Shown piece by piece: positions 7,911-14,297 of a stretch of 17,271 bases of DNA (position 1 is the stretch's first letter; every line of letters begins with the position of its first letter). The stretch comes from Bdellovibrionales bacterium (GTDB lineage Bacteria > Bdellovibrionota > Bdellovibrionia > Bdellovibrionales > UBA1609). Where the stretch lies: positions 1-17,271 of the forward strand of contig JBFWVI010000055.1 of NCBI GenBank assembly GCA_050246815.1, in the 5' to 3' direction. The translations under genes were made by a program, and so were the position numbers. Under the pieces are notes generated by a model. That model did not search any database and was not told where the DNA came from. It saw only the letters and a list, made by a program, of their open reading frames with translations.

Positions 7911-7951
7911 TTCGATGATGGCCTCCTAAAGCCGCCAATATCCCTTGAGTT

Positions 7952-7970
7952 TTCAATCGATTCAACTATA
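7952..7970 (-). promoter_or_regulatory. putative -10 (TATAGT) of the catabolic operon with adjacent near-palindromic operator-like site
   Basis: Minus strand TATAGT at 7970-7965, immediately followed by TTGAATCGATTGAA (12/14 self-complementary). No good -35 was found. Confidence 0.3.
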
Positions 7971-8032
7971 TGACTCGACGCATAAGTCGGTCGCCTAAGC
8001 CCAGATGTGTCGTAAGATAACCCACAAGCACT

Positions 8033-8296
8033 ATGGGTAAGAAACCAGAGCAAAAACTCCCCACTTTGGATCTGCATGGCCGGCAAACCGACGAGGTTTA
8101 CGATCTATTGGATAACTTTATAACCCGACAGGTGGACAATGGCACTTCACGGGTGCGGGTTATGCCGGGCAAAGGTTCAGGCAAAGTCAAAGCGGTGGTT
8201 CAAGATTATCTAAAACGCGCGCACTACCCGTGGCAGTTTGAACGCTTAAGCAATGGCCAGCAAAATGAAGGCGTGATGGTGGTCTTTTTAGATTAA
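8033..8296 (+). CDS. stand-alone Smr/MutS2 C-terminal domain protein
   Basis: TLDLHG, VRVMPGKGSGKVK and NEGVMVVFL form an Smr domain. 87 aa. Confidence 0.9.
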   Translation: MGKKPEQKLPTLDLHGRQTDEVYDLLDNFITRQVDNGTSRVRVMPGKGSGKVKAVVQDYLKRAHYPWQFERLSNGQQNEGVMVVFLD

Positions 8297-8305
8297 GGAG
8301 CCGAT

Positions 8306-8821
8306 TTGGAAAAGTTGCTTTGGATTGACATGGAAATGACCGGCCTTGATGTGGAGCGCGAAGTGGTGATCGAGGTCGCCGCAGTTGTAACGGACATGAC
8401 TCTTCAGCCCTTGGATCAATATCACAGTGTGGTTAAACAACCCGCCAAATACCTTGATGGCATGGACGACTGGAACCAAAAGCATCATCGCGAGTCCGGA
8501 CTGATCGACCTAATCCCTTCTGGCAAAGCGCCTAATGTGGTGGAATCTGATTTGCTGGGGATTTTAGATCAACACTTTGCCAATGAACGGGCGGTTTTGG
8601 CCGGTAACTCCATCGGCCAAGACCGTCTGTTTATCAACAAACACTTTGGCCAATTTGCCTCACGGCTGCATTACCGTATGCTGGATGTGACTTCTTACAA
8701 AATCATGTTTGTGAATCGTTTTAATATTGCTTACGAAAAAAAGAACACTCACCGCGCCGTGGATGACATCAACGAATCGATTGCCGAACTGAATCATTAC
8801 CTAAGCCATATTCGCGCTTAA
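8306..8821 (+). CDS. orn: oligoribonuclease
   Basis: WIDMEMTGLD, GNSIGQDRLF, HYRMLDVTS and HRAVDDINESIAEL (DEDDh). TTG start after TAAGGAG. Confidence 0.95.
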   Translation: MEKLLWIDMEMTGLDVEREVVIEVAAVVTDMTLQPLDQYHSVVKQPAKYLDGMDDWNQKHHRESGLIDLIPSGKAPNVVESDLLGILDQHFANERAVLAGNSIGQDRLFINKHFGQFASRLHYRMLDVTSYKIMFVNRFNIAYEKKNTHRAVDDINESIAELNHYLSHIRA

Positions 8822-8826
8822 AAGGC

Positions 8827-8856
8827 TTGCAGGCCAAGATTTTCACCGCCTATAGT
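8827..8856 (+). promoter_or_regulatory. sigma70-type promoter giving a probably leaderless mRNA
   Basis: TTGCAG (8827-8832), 18 bp spacer, TATAGT (8851-8856). The ATG at 8864 is 7 nt downstream and has no SD. Confidence 0.5.
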
Positions 8857-8863
8857 TTGGCTC

Positions 8864-9457
8864 ATGCTTAGATTATTATTGGTTTTTAGCACTCTTTTAA
8901 TGGGCCATAAAGTGATGGCACAGCCATCGAACGCCACCCATACCGCGTCGACCGGCGGCTCGCAAAAGTGGTTGGCCTTAGCCTCACTTGGTCTTTACAC
9001 GCAAGGCCTCGATGTCAATGCAGAAGACGCCTGGAAACATCAAACCTTTCAATCGCCGACGCTAAAAGCGGGCTTGCTTTATCGAATCGGATCAGGCGAA
9101 AGCCATCTTTCACTGGGCGGGCGCTATGAGTTTGGCCGCAGTATTGAGAAAATTTCAGGCGCGCGCATCGAGACCACCCGACATGTGCTTTCAGCCATGG
9201 CCGCACTTGAGTTGATGTATAACAGTATCAAGCCATTCGGCTTTATGCCCTACGCAGCTGTTGGCTTGCTTGATAAACAGACCTCCCGTCTTAAAACAGC
9301 GGGCTTTGACCATGAGCTTAAGGACGACGACACGCGCGCACATTTTGCTGTGGGTTTAAGCGTCTCGATGGCCCTGACGCCCACCTTAAGACCCTCATTG
9401 ACTTGGGAGTATGAAGTGGCGAGCTCGCTTTCGCTGGGGCTACAGTATGTTTTCTAG
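8864..9457 (+). CDS. small outer-membrane beta-barrel protein
   Basis: Signal peptide and alternating amphipathic strands (LSLGGRYEF, FMPYAAVG, HFAVGLSV). C-terminal beta-signal LSLGLQYVF ending in Phe. Confidence 0.75.
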   Translation: MLRLLLVFSTLLMGHKVMAQPSNATHTASTGGSQKWLALASLGLYTQGLDVNAEDAWKHQTFQSPTLKAGLLYRIGSGESHLSLGGRYEFGRSIEKISGARIETTRHVLSAMAALELMYNSIKPFGFMPYAAVGLLDKQTSRLKTAGFDHELKDDDTRAHFAVGLSVSMALTPTLRPSLTWEYEVASSLSLGLQYVF

Positions 9458-9818
9458 TTTGAAAAAAAACAGTTCCATGTTTTTTTTGATAGTAACCGCC
9501 TGGGCCTGCTTGGCGACCTCCATTGCCCAGGACAATGTCGATGAAGGTGATTTTTATATCGTGTCGGATTGCGCCAGCCCGACGAGTGAAGGAACTATTT
9601 CTGTCTCGGCCGGTCAAATCACCGCGCCAGGCGGAACCAGCTACACCGATTTTGGTTTTCCCCAAAGCACGGTGACACTTGGCACAGCCAACACCGGCGT
9701 GGTAGGTGGTGCCAATCGCTCTTGCATCGACACTTACAGCAATCAAAATCAAAGCTACATCTTCACCTGTAGCGACAACGGCCAATACGCCTGCTCTATC
9801 TTGCTGATCGAGCAGTAA
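9447..9818 (+). CDS. secreted Thr/Gly/Ser-rich, Cys-containing hypothetical protein
   Basis: Start reassigned to ATG 9447 (GGGG SD, overlapping the end of the OMP gene); ATG 9477 is an alternative. Hydrophobic signal segment, then a beta-rich mature part with 4 Cys. Confidence 0.7.
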   Translation: MFSSLKKNSSMFFLIVTAWACLATSIAQDNVDEGDFYIVSDCASPTSEGTISVSAGQITAPGGTSYTDFGFPQSTVTLGTANTGVVGGANRSCIDTYSNQNQSYIFTCSDNGQYACSILLIEQ

Positions 9819-9894
9819 ATACGACTATCGGACCTAAGGCCGATCTAAAAGAACTTGCCTCAATCCTGTGAACAACGGGGTATCACCTTGAATA

Positions 9895-9920
9895 GAGGGT
9901 GCGTATTAAAACACACCCTC
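9895..9920 (-). terminator. hairpin between convergent genes, possible terminator
   Basis: Minus strand GAGGGTGTGT-TTTAAT-ACGCACCCTC forms a 10-bp stem with one G-U pair. The U-tail is weak. Confidence 0.35.
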
Positions 9921-9956
9921 ATCTTGTTGCTGCAATGTTCCCGCAAAAGGAAGCCG

Positions 9957-10241
9957 CTATAGTCCAAGATGCGATTTGCAGCCTTGCGACAGCTGTTCTT
10001 TGTGGCCGGCCAAGCAAGTTTTGATGGTGTCTGAAGTCCTGTGGCCTTTGCAAGCCGAGAAGCTAGTCAGTTCGTCTTTGCAGACTTCCATGGTTTTGGA
10101 AGCGTGTTCGGTGGCCTTGTTTTTTTCTTCTGCCGCATGTGCCTTAGCCTTGTCTGCGGCGGCGCCCTTGACTGCTTTCAAGTCGTAAGCGAACGCCGAC
10201 GTTGAAAAAATCAACGACAGACAGATAACGATGCCTTTCAT
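9957..10241 (-). CDS. small secreted protein with a 4-Cys (GLG1/cysteine-rich-repeat-like) C-terminal domain
   Basis: Start reassigned to ATG 10241 (SD GAGGGGG). Signal peptide MKGIVICLSLIFSTSAFA. C-terminus CKDELTSFSAC...IKTCLAGHKEQLSQGC. Confidence 0.75.
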   Translation of the reverse strand: MKGIVICLSLIFSTSAFAYDLKAVKGAAADKAKAHAAEEKNKATEHASKTMEVCKDELTSFSACKGHRTSDTIKTCLAGHKEQLSQGCKSHLGL

Positions 10242-10283
10242 ATGTTTCCCCCTCTTGCCGTATGTTACGGTGTTACTCTCAAA

Positions 10284-10313
10284 ATGGTAACCCGGCCTCA
10301 GTTTAAGCCTCAA
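10284..10313 (-). promoter_or_regulatory. putative sigma70 promoter
   Basis: Minus strand TTGAGG (10313-10308), 18 bp spacer, TACCAT (10289-10284), upstream of the 10241 start. Confidence 0.35.
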
Positions 10314-10326
10314 CAAAATTGCTCAA

Positions 10327-10794
10327 TCAAGACTTCGGACGAAGATACGGACGCACATGAAGGTAGGTTAAGCCTCCCACTAGCAACGCCCATAAATCCG
10401 TAGGATCTTGTATCATTCGAACGCGGAAACCAAGCCACACATAAACTTGCTCGTAGAAACGCAAAAGGACGGGCTCGGCCTTAAGGAGGACGAAAAGCAA
10501 ATCAACCGCTACCAAACTGCACCAAAAAGTTTGATGATCTAGCTGTTCTTTGGTCTGGCTGCGCCAATCCACTTGGCCACGCAAAAGCTGAACAATTGCG
10601 CAAACAAACAAGGGCGCAAAAAAAAGACCGGCAAAGTCACTGATCTTGCCAGTCCACCAATTCCCATATCGATACTTCAAAAAGTGATCATTTAATATCA
10701 GCAGTGCCACCGCCGCAATCACAAGCGGGTGCACGAAATAACTTAAGTCACTCCGCAACCTTGACGCATTGCTAAACCAAAAGGTGCCAGGCAC
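10327..10794 (-). CDS. conserved-looking uncharacterised membrane protein
   Basis: About 4 hydrophobic helices with polar motifs LILNDHFLK, WWTGKISDFAGL and DPTDLWAL. The start is uncertain because the GTG at 10794 lies inside a palindrome, so the true start may be further downstream. Confidence 0.7.
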   Translation of the reverse strand: MPGTFWFSNASRLRSDLSYFVHPLVIAAVALLILNDHFLKYRYGNWWTGKISDFAGLFFAPLFVCAIVQLLRGQVDWRSQTKEQLDHQTFWCSLVAVDLLFVLLKAEPVLLRFYEQVYVWLGFRVRMIQDPTDLWALLVGGLTYLHVRPYLRPKS

Positions 10795-10799
10795 CTTTT
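10779..10799. repeat. perfect 21-bp palindrome, REP-like
   Basis: AAAAGGTGCC-A-GGCACCTTTT directly abuts the ahcY stop codon (10800-10802). Confidence 0.7.
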
Positions 10800-12158
10800 T
10801 TAGTAGCGGTAGTGTTCGGGTTTGAAGGGGCCGCTGGCGTCCATGTCCAAGTATTTGGCTTGTTTGGTGCTGAGTTTGGTCAGCTTCACGCCCAATTTGT
10901 CCAAGTGCAGGCGGGCCACTTTTTCATCCAATTCTTTGGGCAAGCGGTACACACCAATGTCTTGGTACTTGGCTTTGTTCATCCACAGATCCATTTGCGC
11001 CAAAACTTGATTGGTGAACGAGTTCGACATCACAAAGGAAGGGTGACCTGTGGCGCAACCCAAGTTCACCAGACGGCCTTTGGCCAAAACGATGATTTCA
11101 CGGCCGTCTTTAAACGTGTGAATGTCTACTTGTGGCTTTACTTCACGCTGTTTGGAGTTTTTATTCAACCAAGCCATGTCGATTTCGATATCGAAGTGGC
11201 CGATGTTACAGACGATTGCGCCCGCTTTCATTTTTTTAAAATGAGCTTCGGTGATGATGTCGCAGCATCCTGTCGCCGTTACAAATATGTCGGCCAACGA
11301 AGCCGCCTCATCCATGGTGACCACTTGATAACCTTCCATTGCCGCTTGTAATGCGCAAATGGGATCGATTTCAGTGATCAAAACGCGTGCGCCAAAGTTG
11401 CGCAGTGACTGTGCCGAACCCTTGCCCACATCGCCATAACCAGCAACCACTACCACTTTGCCAGCAACCATAATGTCTGTGGCGCGCTTGATGCCATCGG
11501 CTAAAGATTCGCGGCAACCGTAAAGGTTGTCGAATTTCGATTTGGTCACGGAGTCGTTAATATTGATCGCAGGCACTTTCAGCTTGCCGTTCTTTAATAG
11601 CATCTCAAGGTTGTGCACTCCCGTGGTGGTTTCTTCGCTGATGCCAATGATTTTATCCATGAACTTGGCGTAACGAGATTCGTGCATCATGTTGGTCAAA
11701 TCGCCACCGTCATCCAAAATCAAGTCGTAGCCTTTAGGGCCCCAACCTTCGATGGTCTGTTCGATACACCACGCGGCTTCAGCTTCAGTTTCACCTTTCC
11801 AGGCAAAAACAGGAACGCCAGCAGCGGCCATGGCCACAGCCGCATGATCTTGGGTCGAAAAGATATTGCATGAGCTCCAGCGCACTTGAGCACCGAGCTT
11901 GATCAGAGTTTCTATCAACACTGCTGTTTGAATAGTCATATGCAAACAACCGGTGATCCGCGCACCCTTCAATGGTTGGCTTTTGCCATACTCTTTACGC
12001 AAGGCCATCAATCCCGGCATTTCAGCTTCGGCCAATGTGATTTCCTCGCGGCCCCAACGAGCCAATTCTTGAAAGCGCTTGGAATCTTCCATGGCCTCTT
12101 TGCAAACACGATAATCAGGCTGACCCGACAGGCGACGAGTGGTGGTCTTGGATTTCAT
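10800..12158 (-). CDS. ahcY: adenosylhomocysteinase (S-adenosyl-L-homocysteine hydrolase)
   Basis: [78 protein letters not shown] and [10 protein letters not shown]. Start reassigned to ATG 12158 (SD GAGGT); GTG 12176 (SD AAGGAG) is an alternative. Confidence 0.97.
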   Translation of the reverse strand: MKSKTTTRRLSGQPDYRVCKEAMEDSKRFQELARWGREEITLAEAEMPGLMALRKEYGKSQPLKGARITGCLHMTIQTAVLIETLIKLGAQVRWSSCNIFSTQDHAAVAMAAAGVPVFAWKGETEAEAAWCIEQTIEGWGPKGYDLILDDGGDLTNMMHESRYAKFMDKIIGISEETTTGVHNLEMLLKNGKLKVPAININDSVTKSKFDNLYGCRESLADGIKRATDIMVAGKVVVVAGYGDVGKGSAQSLRNFGARVLITEIDPICALQAAMEGYQVVTMDEAASLADIFVTATGCCDIITEAHFKKMKAGAIVCNIGHFDIEIDMAWLNKNSKQREVKPQVDIHTFKDGREIIVLAKGRLVNLGCATGHPSFVMSNSFTNQVLAQMDLWMNKAKYQDIGVYRLPKELDEKVARLHLDKLGVKLTKLSTKQAKYLDMDASGPFKPEHYRY

Positions 12159-12254
12159 CGACGTAACCTCTTTCACGGAAAACTCCTTCAAAGACGACTT
12201 TTCGTCTTGCGACGATAGGGGCTTTATTTCAAATTTGGGACCCATTTAAGCGAT

Positions 12255-13013
12255 TTAGTCGACCAAAGTCAAAATCTCGTGGCCTTTATCGGTGATCATC
12301 ACCGTATGCTCAAACTGGGCTGAAAGGGTCTTATCACCTGTCACATAGTACTTAATTGTAGACCCAGGGATCGAAAGCTCCACCAGGGGGGCCGCCGTGG
12401 CATTGATCATGGGCTCAACCGTAATACAACACCAGGGTTTAAGCTTCATACCACGGCCCTTTTTGCCATAGGATGGCACAAAAGGTTCATCATGGAATTT
12501 TTTGCCGATCCCGTGGCCACCGATCTCTTTGACCGTATGAAAGCCCTTTTTAGTGGTCAGCTTATTGATCTCAAAACCAATATCGCCTGTAGTGGCAAAA
12601 GGGCGGACTTCATCAATCCCCCGCATCATGGCGTCTTTGGCCACCTGGGTGATTCGCTTTGCAAGGTCGGTAACCTCTCCAACGAAAAAGGTCGCCGAAG
12701 TGTCCCCAAAAAATCCGTCTTTAATGCAAGTCACATCCACATTGATGATGTCGCCGTCTTTTAAGGGCCTATCATCAGGAACTCCGTGGCAAATGACTTC
12801 GTTAACCGAGGTGCAGATGGATTTTGGAAAACCGTGGTAGCCCAGCGGTGCTGGCAAGGCCTCTTTGCTCATAATCCAGTCATGAGCAATCCTATCCAGT
12901 TCGTTGGTCGTCACGCCGACCTTTACATGGCTACCCATATACCTAAGAAGTTCGCCAGCCAAACGGCCCGCGCGCTCCATTTTTCGAATCTCATCTGCCT
13001 GCAATGGGGTCAC
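12255..13013 (-). CDS. map: type I methionine aminopeptidase
   Basis: FPKSICTSVNEVICHGVP, INVDVT, GDTSAT, GHGIG, HDEP, VEPMIN and SAQFEHT. GTG start with SD GAGGT. Confidence 0.96.
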   Translation of the reverse strand: MTPLQADEIRKMERAGRLAGELLRYMGSHVKVGVTTNELDRIAHDWIMSKEALPAPLGYHGFPKSICTSVNEVICHGVPDDRPLKDGDIINVDVTCIKDGFFGDTSATFFVGEVTDLAKRITQVAKDAMMRGIDEVRPFATTGDIGFEINKLTTKKGFHTVKEIGGHGIGKKFHDEPFVPSYGKKGRGMKLKPWCCITVEPMINATAAPLVELSIPGSTIKYYVTGDKTLSAQFEHTVMITDKGHEILTLVD

Positions 13014-13049
13014 GTTTTCACTACCTCGAAACCAGTGGTTTACCAGATC

Positions 13050-13478
13050 TCACGTGCCGCCGCAACGAGCCAAAAGGAGAGAGACAACCTCTTGATCCAC
13101 AGGATGGGTCATTTCTTCGGGCTTTATAGAGTTAAGGGGGCGCCACAACAGGTTCAAATGGGGTATCTGCGACTGGGGCTGCCCCTTTAGTAGGCGTACA
13201 TCCCAATAAAGTGCCAATAGCTGCTGGGGTCTAAAAAAGGAGCGGTGAAAGTGAGGTGAGACGTAAAAAAGCTCGCCGAGGACAATTTCAACATTCAACT
13301 CTTCTTTGAATTCGCGAATAAGAGCGAGACCAGGCGCTTCGGCATGCTCCACACCTCCACCTGGAAATTTCAAAAGACGTTTACCCATAATAAATTCGTC
13401 GATCAAAAGAACCTGCTGCCCGTCGGCTGAGCGCAAAATTCCATAAGTGCGTAAATTGATGCCCGGCTGAACATTCAT
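13050..13478 (-). CDS. Nudix hydrolase
   Basis: Nudix box KFPGGGVEHAEAPGLALIREFKEELNV. Confidence 0.88.
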   Translation of the reverse strand: MNVQPGINLRTYGILRSADGQQVLLIDEFIMGKRLLKFPGGGVEHAEAPGLALIREFKEELNVEIVLGELFYVSPHFHRSFFRPQQLLALYWDVRLLKGQPQSQIPHLNLLWRPLNSIKPEEMTHPVDQEVVSLLLARCGGT

Positions 13479-13520
13479 GCTTAACCGCTAGTCTAACCAA
13501 GATCAGAGGACTACCGCCAC

Positions 13521-13550
13521 AAAAAGAAAAGCACAGTCAAATGACCGTGC
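13521..13550 (-). terminator. intrinsic terminator (second of a tandem pair)
   Basis: Minus strand GCACGGTC-ATTT-GACTGTGC followed by TTTTCTTTTT. Confidence 0.7.
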
Positions 13551-13560
13551 CTTCTTATAA

Positions 13561-13588
13561 AAAAAGACCCGCTGATGCGGGTCTTTTT
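13561..13588. terminator. bidirectional-type intrinsic terminator downstream of the SWIB gene
   Basis: AAAAAGACCCGC-TGAT-GCGGGTCTTTTT: a perfect stem with A/T tails on both sides. Confidence 0.88.
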
Positions 13589-13614
13589 ACGCTTTCCAGT
13601 CTTACGACTGAAAT

Positions 13615-13950
13615 TTAGCGCAAATGCTTGCTGACGATTTTGGTCATTTCAAACATCGACACAGTGCCTTTGCCGAAAATCGGCTTCAGCTTGGCGTCGG
13701 CGTTGATGTTACGACGGTTTTTAGCATCTTGAAGTTTGTTCTTCTTGATGTAAGCCCAAAGTTTTTTGACAACTTCAGTCCGGGGCAGCGGCGAAGCGCC
13801 AACAATGGCGGCTAAAGCCGAGCTGGGAGTCAAAGGCTTCATGAAAGCCATATTCGGCTTGCGCTTCGTGCCGGCTTTCTTGGTTGCTTTTTTAGTCGCT
13901 TTTTTAGCGGCTTTTTTAGTCGCTTTCTTGGTCGTTTTTTTCTTGGCCAT
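13615..13950 (-). CDS. SWIB/MDM2-domain protein with histone-H1-like Lys/Ala-rich N-terminus
   Basis: N-terminal KKAT/KKAA repeats, then AFMKPLTPSSALAAIVG..LPRTEVVKKLWAYIKKNKLQDAKNRRNINADAKLKPIFG..VSMFEMTKIVSKHL (SWIB). SD GGAGG. Confidence 0.93.
   Translation of the reverse strand: MAKKKTTKKATKKAAKKATKKATKKAGTKRKPNMAFMKPLTPSSALAAIVGASPLPRTEVVKKLWAYIKKNKLQDAKNRRNINADAKLKPIFGKGTVSMFEMTKIVSKHLR
13873..13944 (-). repeat. 12-bp coding tandem repeats (KKAT/KKAA tetrapeptides)
   Basis: About 6 degenerate 12-nt units encoding KKKTTKKATKKAAKKATKKATKKA. Confidence 0.8.
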
Positions 13951-14007
13951 TCTGGTCCTCCAAAAAATGGGTTAAGCCAAACTATTTACTAACGTCATAC
14001 ACGCACA

Positions 14008-14036
14008 ATGATACTGAAACAAAATCGCTTGTCCAA
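14008..14036 (-). promoter_or_regulatory. sigma70-type promoter of the SWIB gene
   Basis: Minus strand TTGGAC (14036-14031), 17 bp spacer, TATCAT (14013-14008). Confidence 0.55.
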
Positions 14037-14038
14037 AG

Positions 14039-14222
14039 AAAAATGCACGCTTTCACGATTTTCCGAGGGGAAAATGCACTTTTTCGGTGTTTTCCGAGGG
14101 AAAAACCGATTTCTCCCTCGAGAAATCATGGTTTTTAAGTCAAAAACCCGCCGATGACAGAGGGGGAATACCCCGTTCATACCTGTTTCACGAGGGAAAA
14201 GTGCAGTTTCTCGAGGGGGAAA
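14039..14222. repeat. array of ~16-bp motifs TTTYHCGAGGGRRAAA, including a 31-bp tandem duplication
   Basis: Copies at 14059-14074, 14090-14105, 14110-14125 (inverted), 14154-14169 (degenerate), 14186-14201 and 14207-14222. 14039-14069 and 14070-14100 are identical at 24/31 positions. Confidence 0.75.
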
Positions 14223-14297
14223 TGTGGTTTTTAAAGGCTTAGGAAGACTGGCCCATAGCACAGTTGGGTTCCCCCCACACTGTGCCGATAAGAGACA

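Noticed and set aside
12159..12254. SAH riboswitch upstream of ahcY
   Set aside because: The conserved GAGGAGCGCTGC...AGGCTC core is not visible. Only a simple hairpin is present.
14184..14199. parS-like sequence TGTTTCACGAGGGAAA
   Set aside because: Only the left half matches TGTTTCACGTGAAACA (12/16) and the palindrome is broken. It is better explained as a member of the local motif array.
14039..14222. CRISPR mini-array or replication origin interpretation of the repeats
   Set aside because: The repeats are short, degenerate, unevenly spaced and include an inverted copy. No cas genes, DnaA boxes (TTATCCACA) or rep/dnaA gene are seen.
13995..14261. 88-aa ORF with FPRE-like repeats
   Set aside because: The peptide repeats are just the translation of the DNA motif array. 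The ORF overlaps the SWIB promoter and has no convincing RBS.
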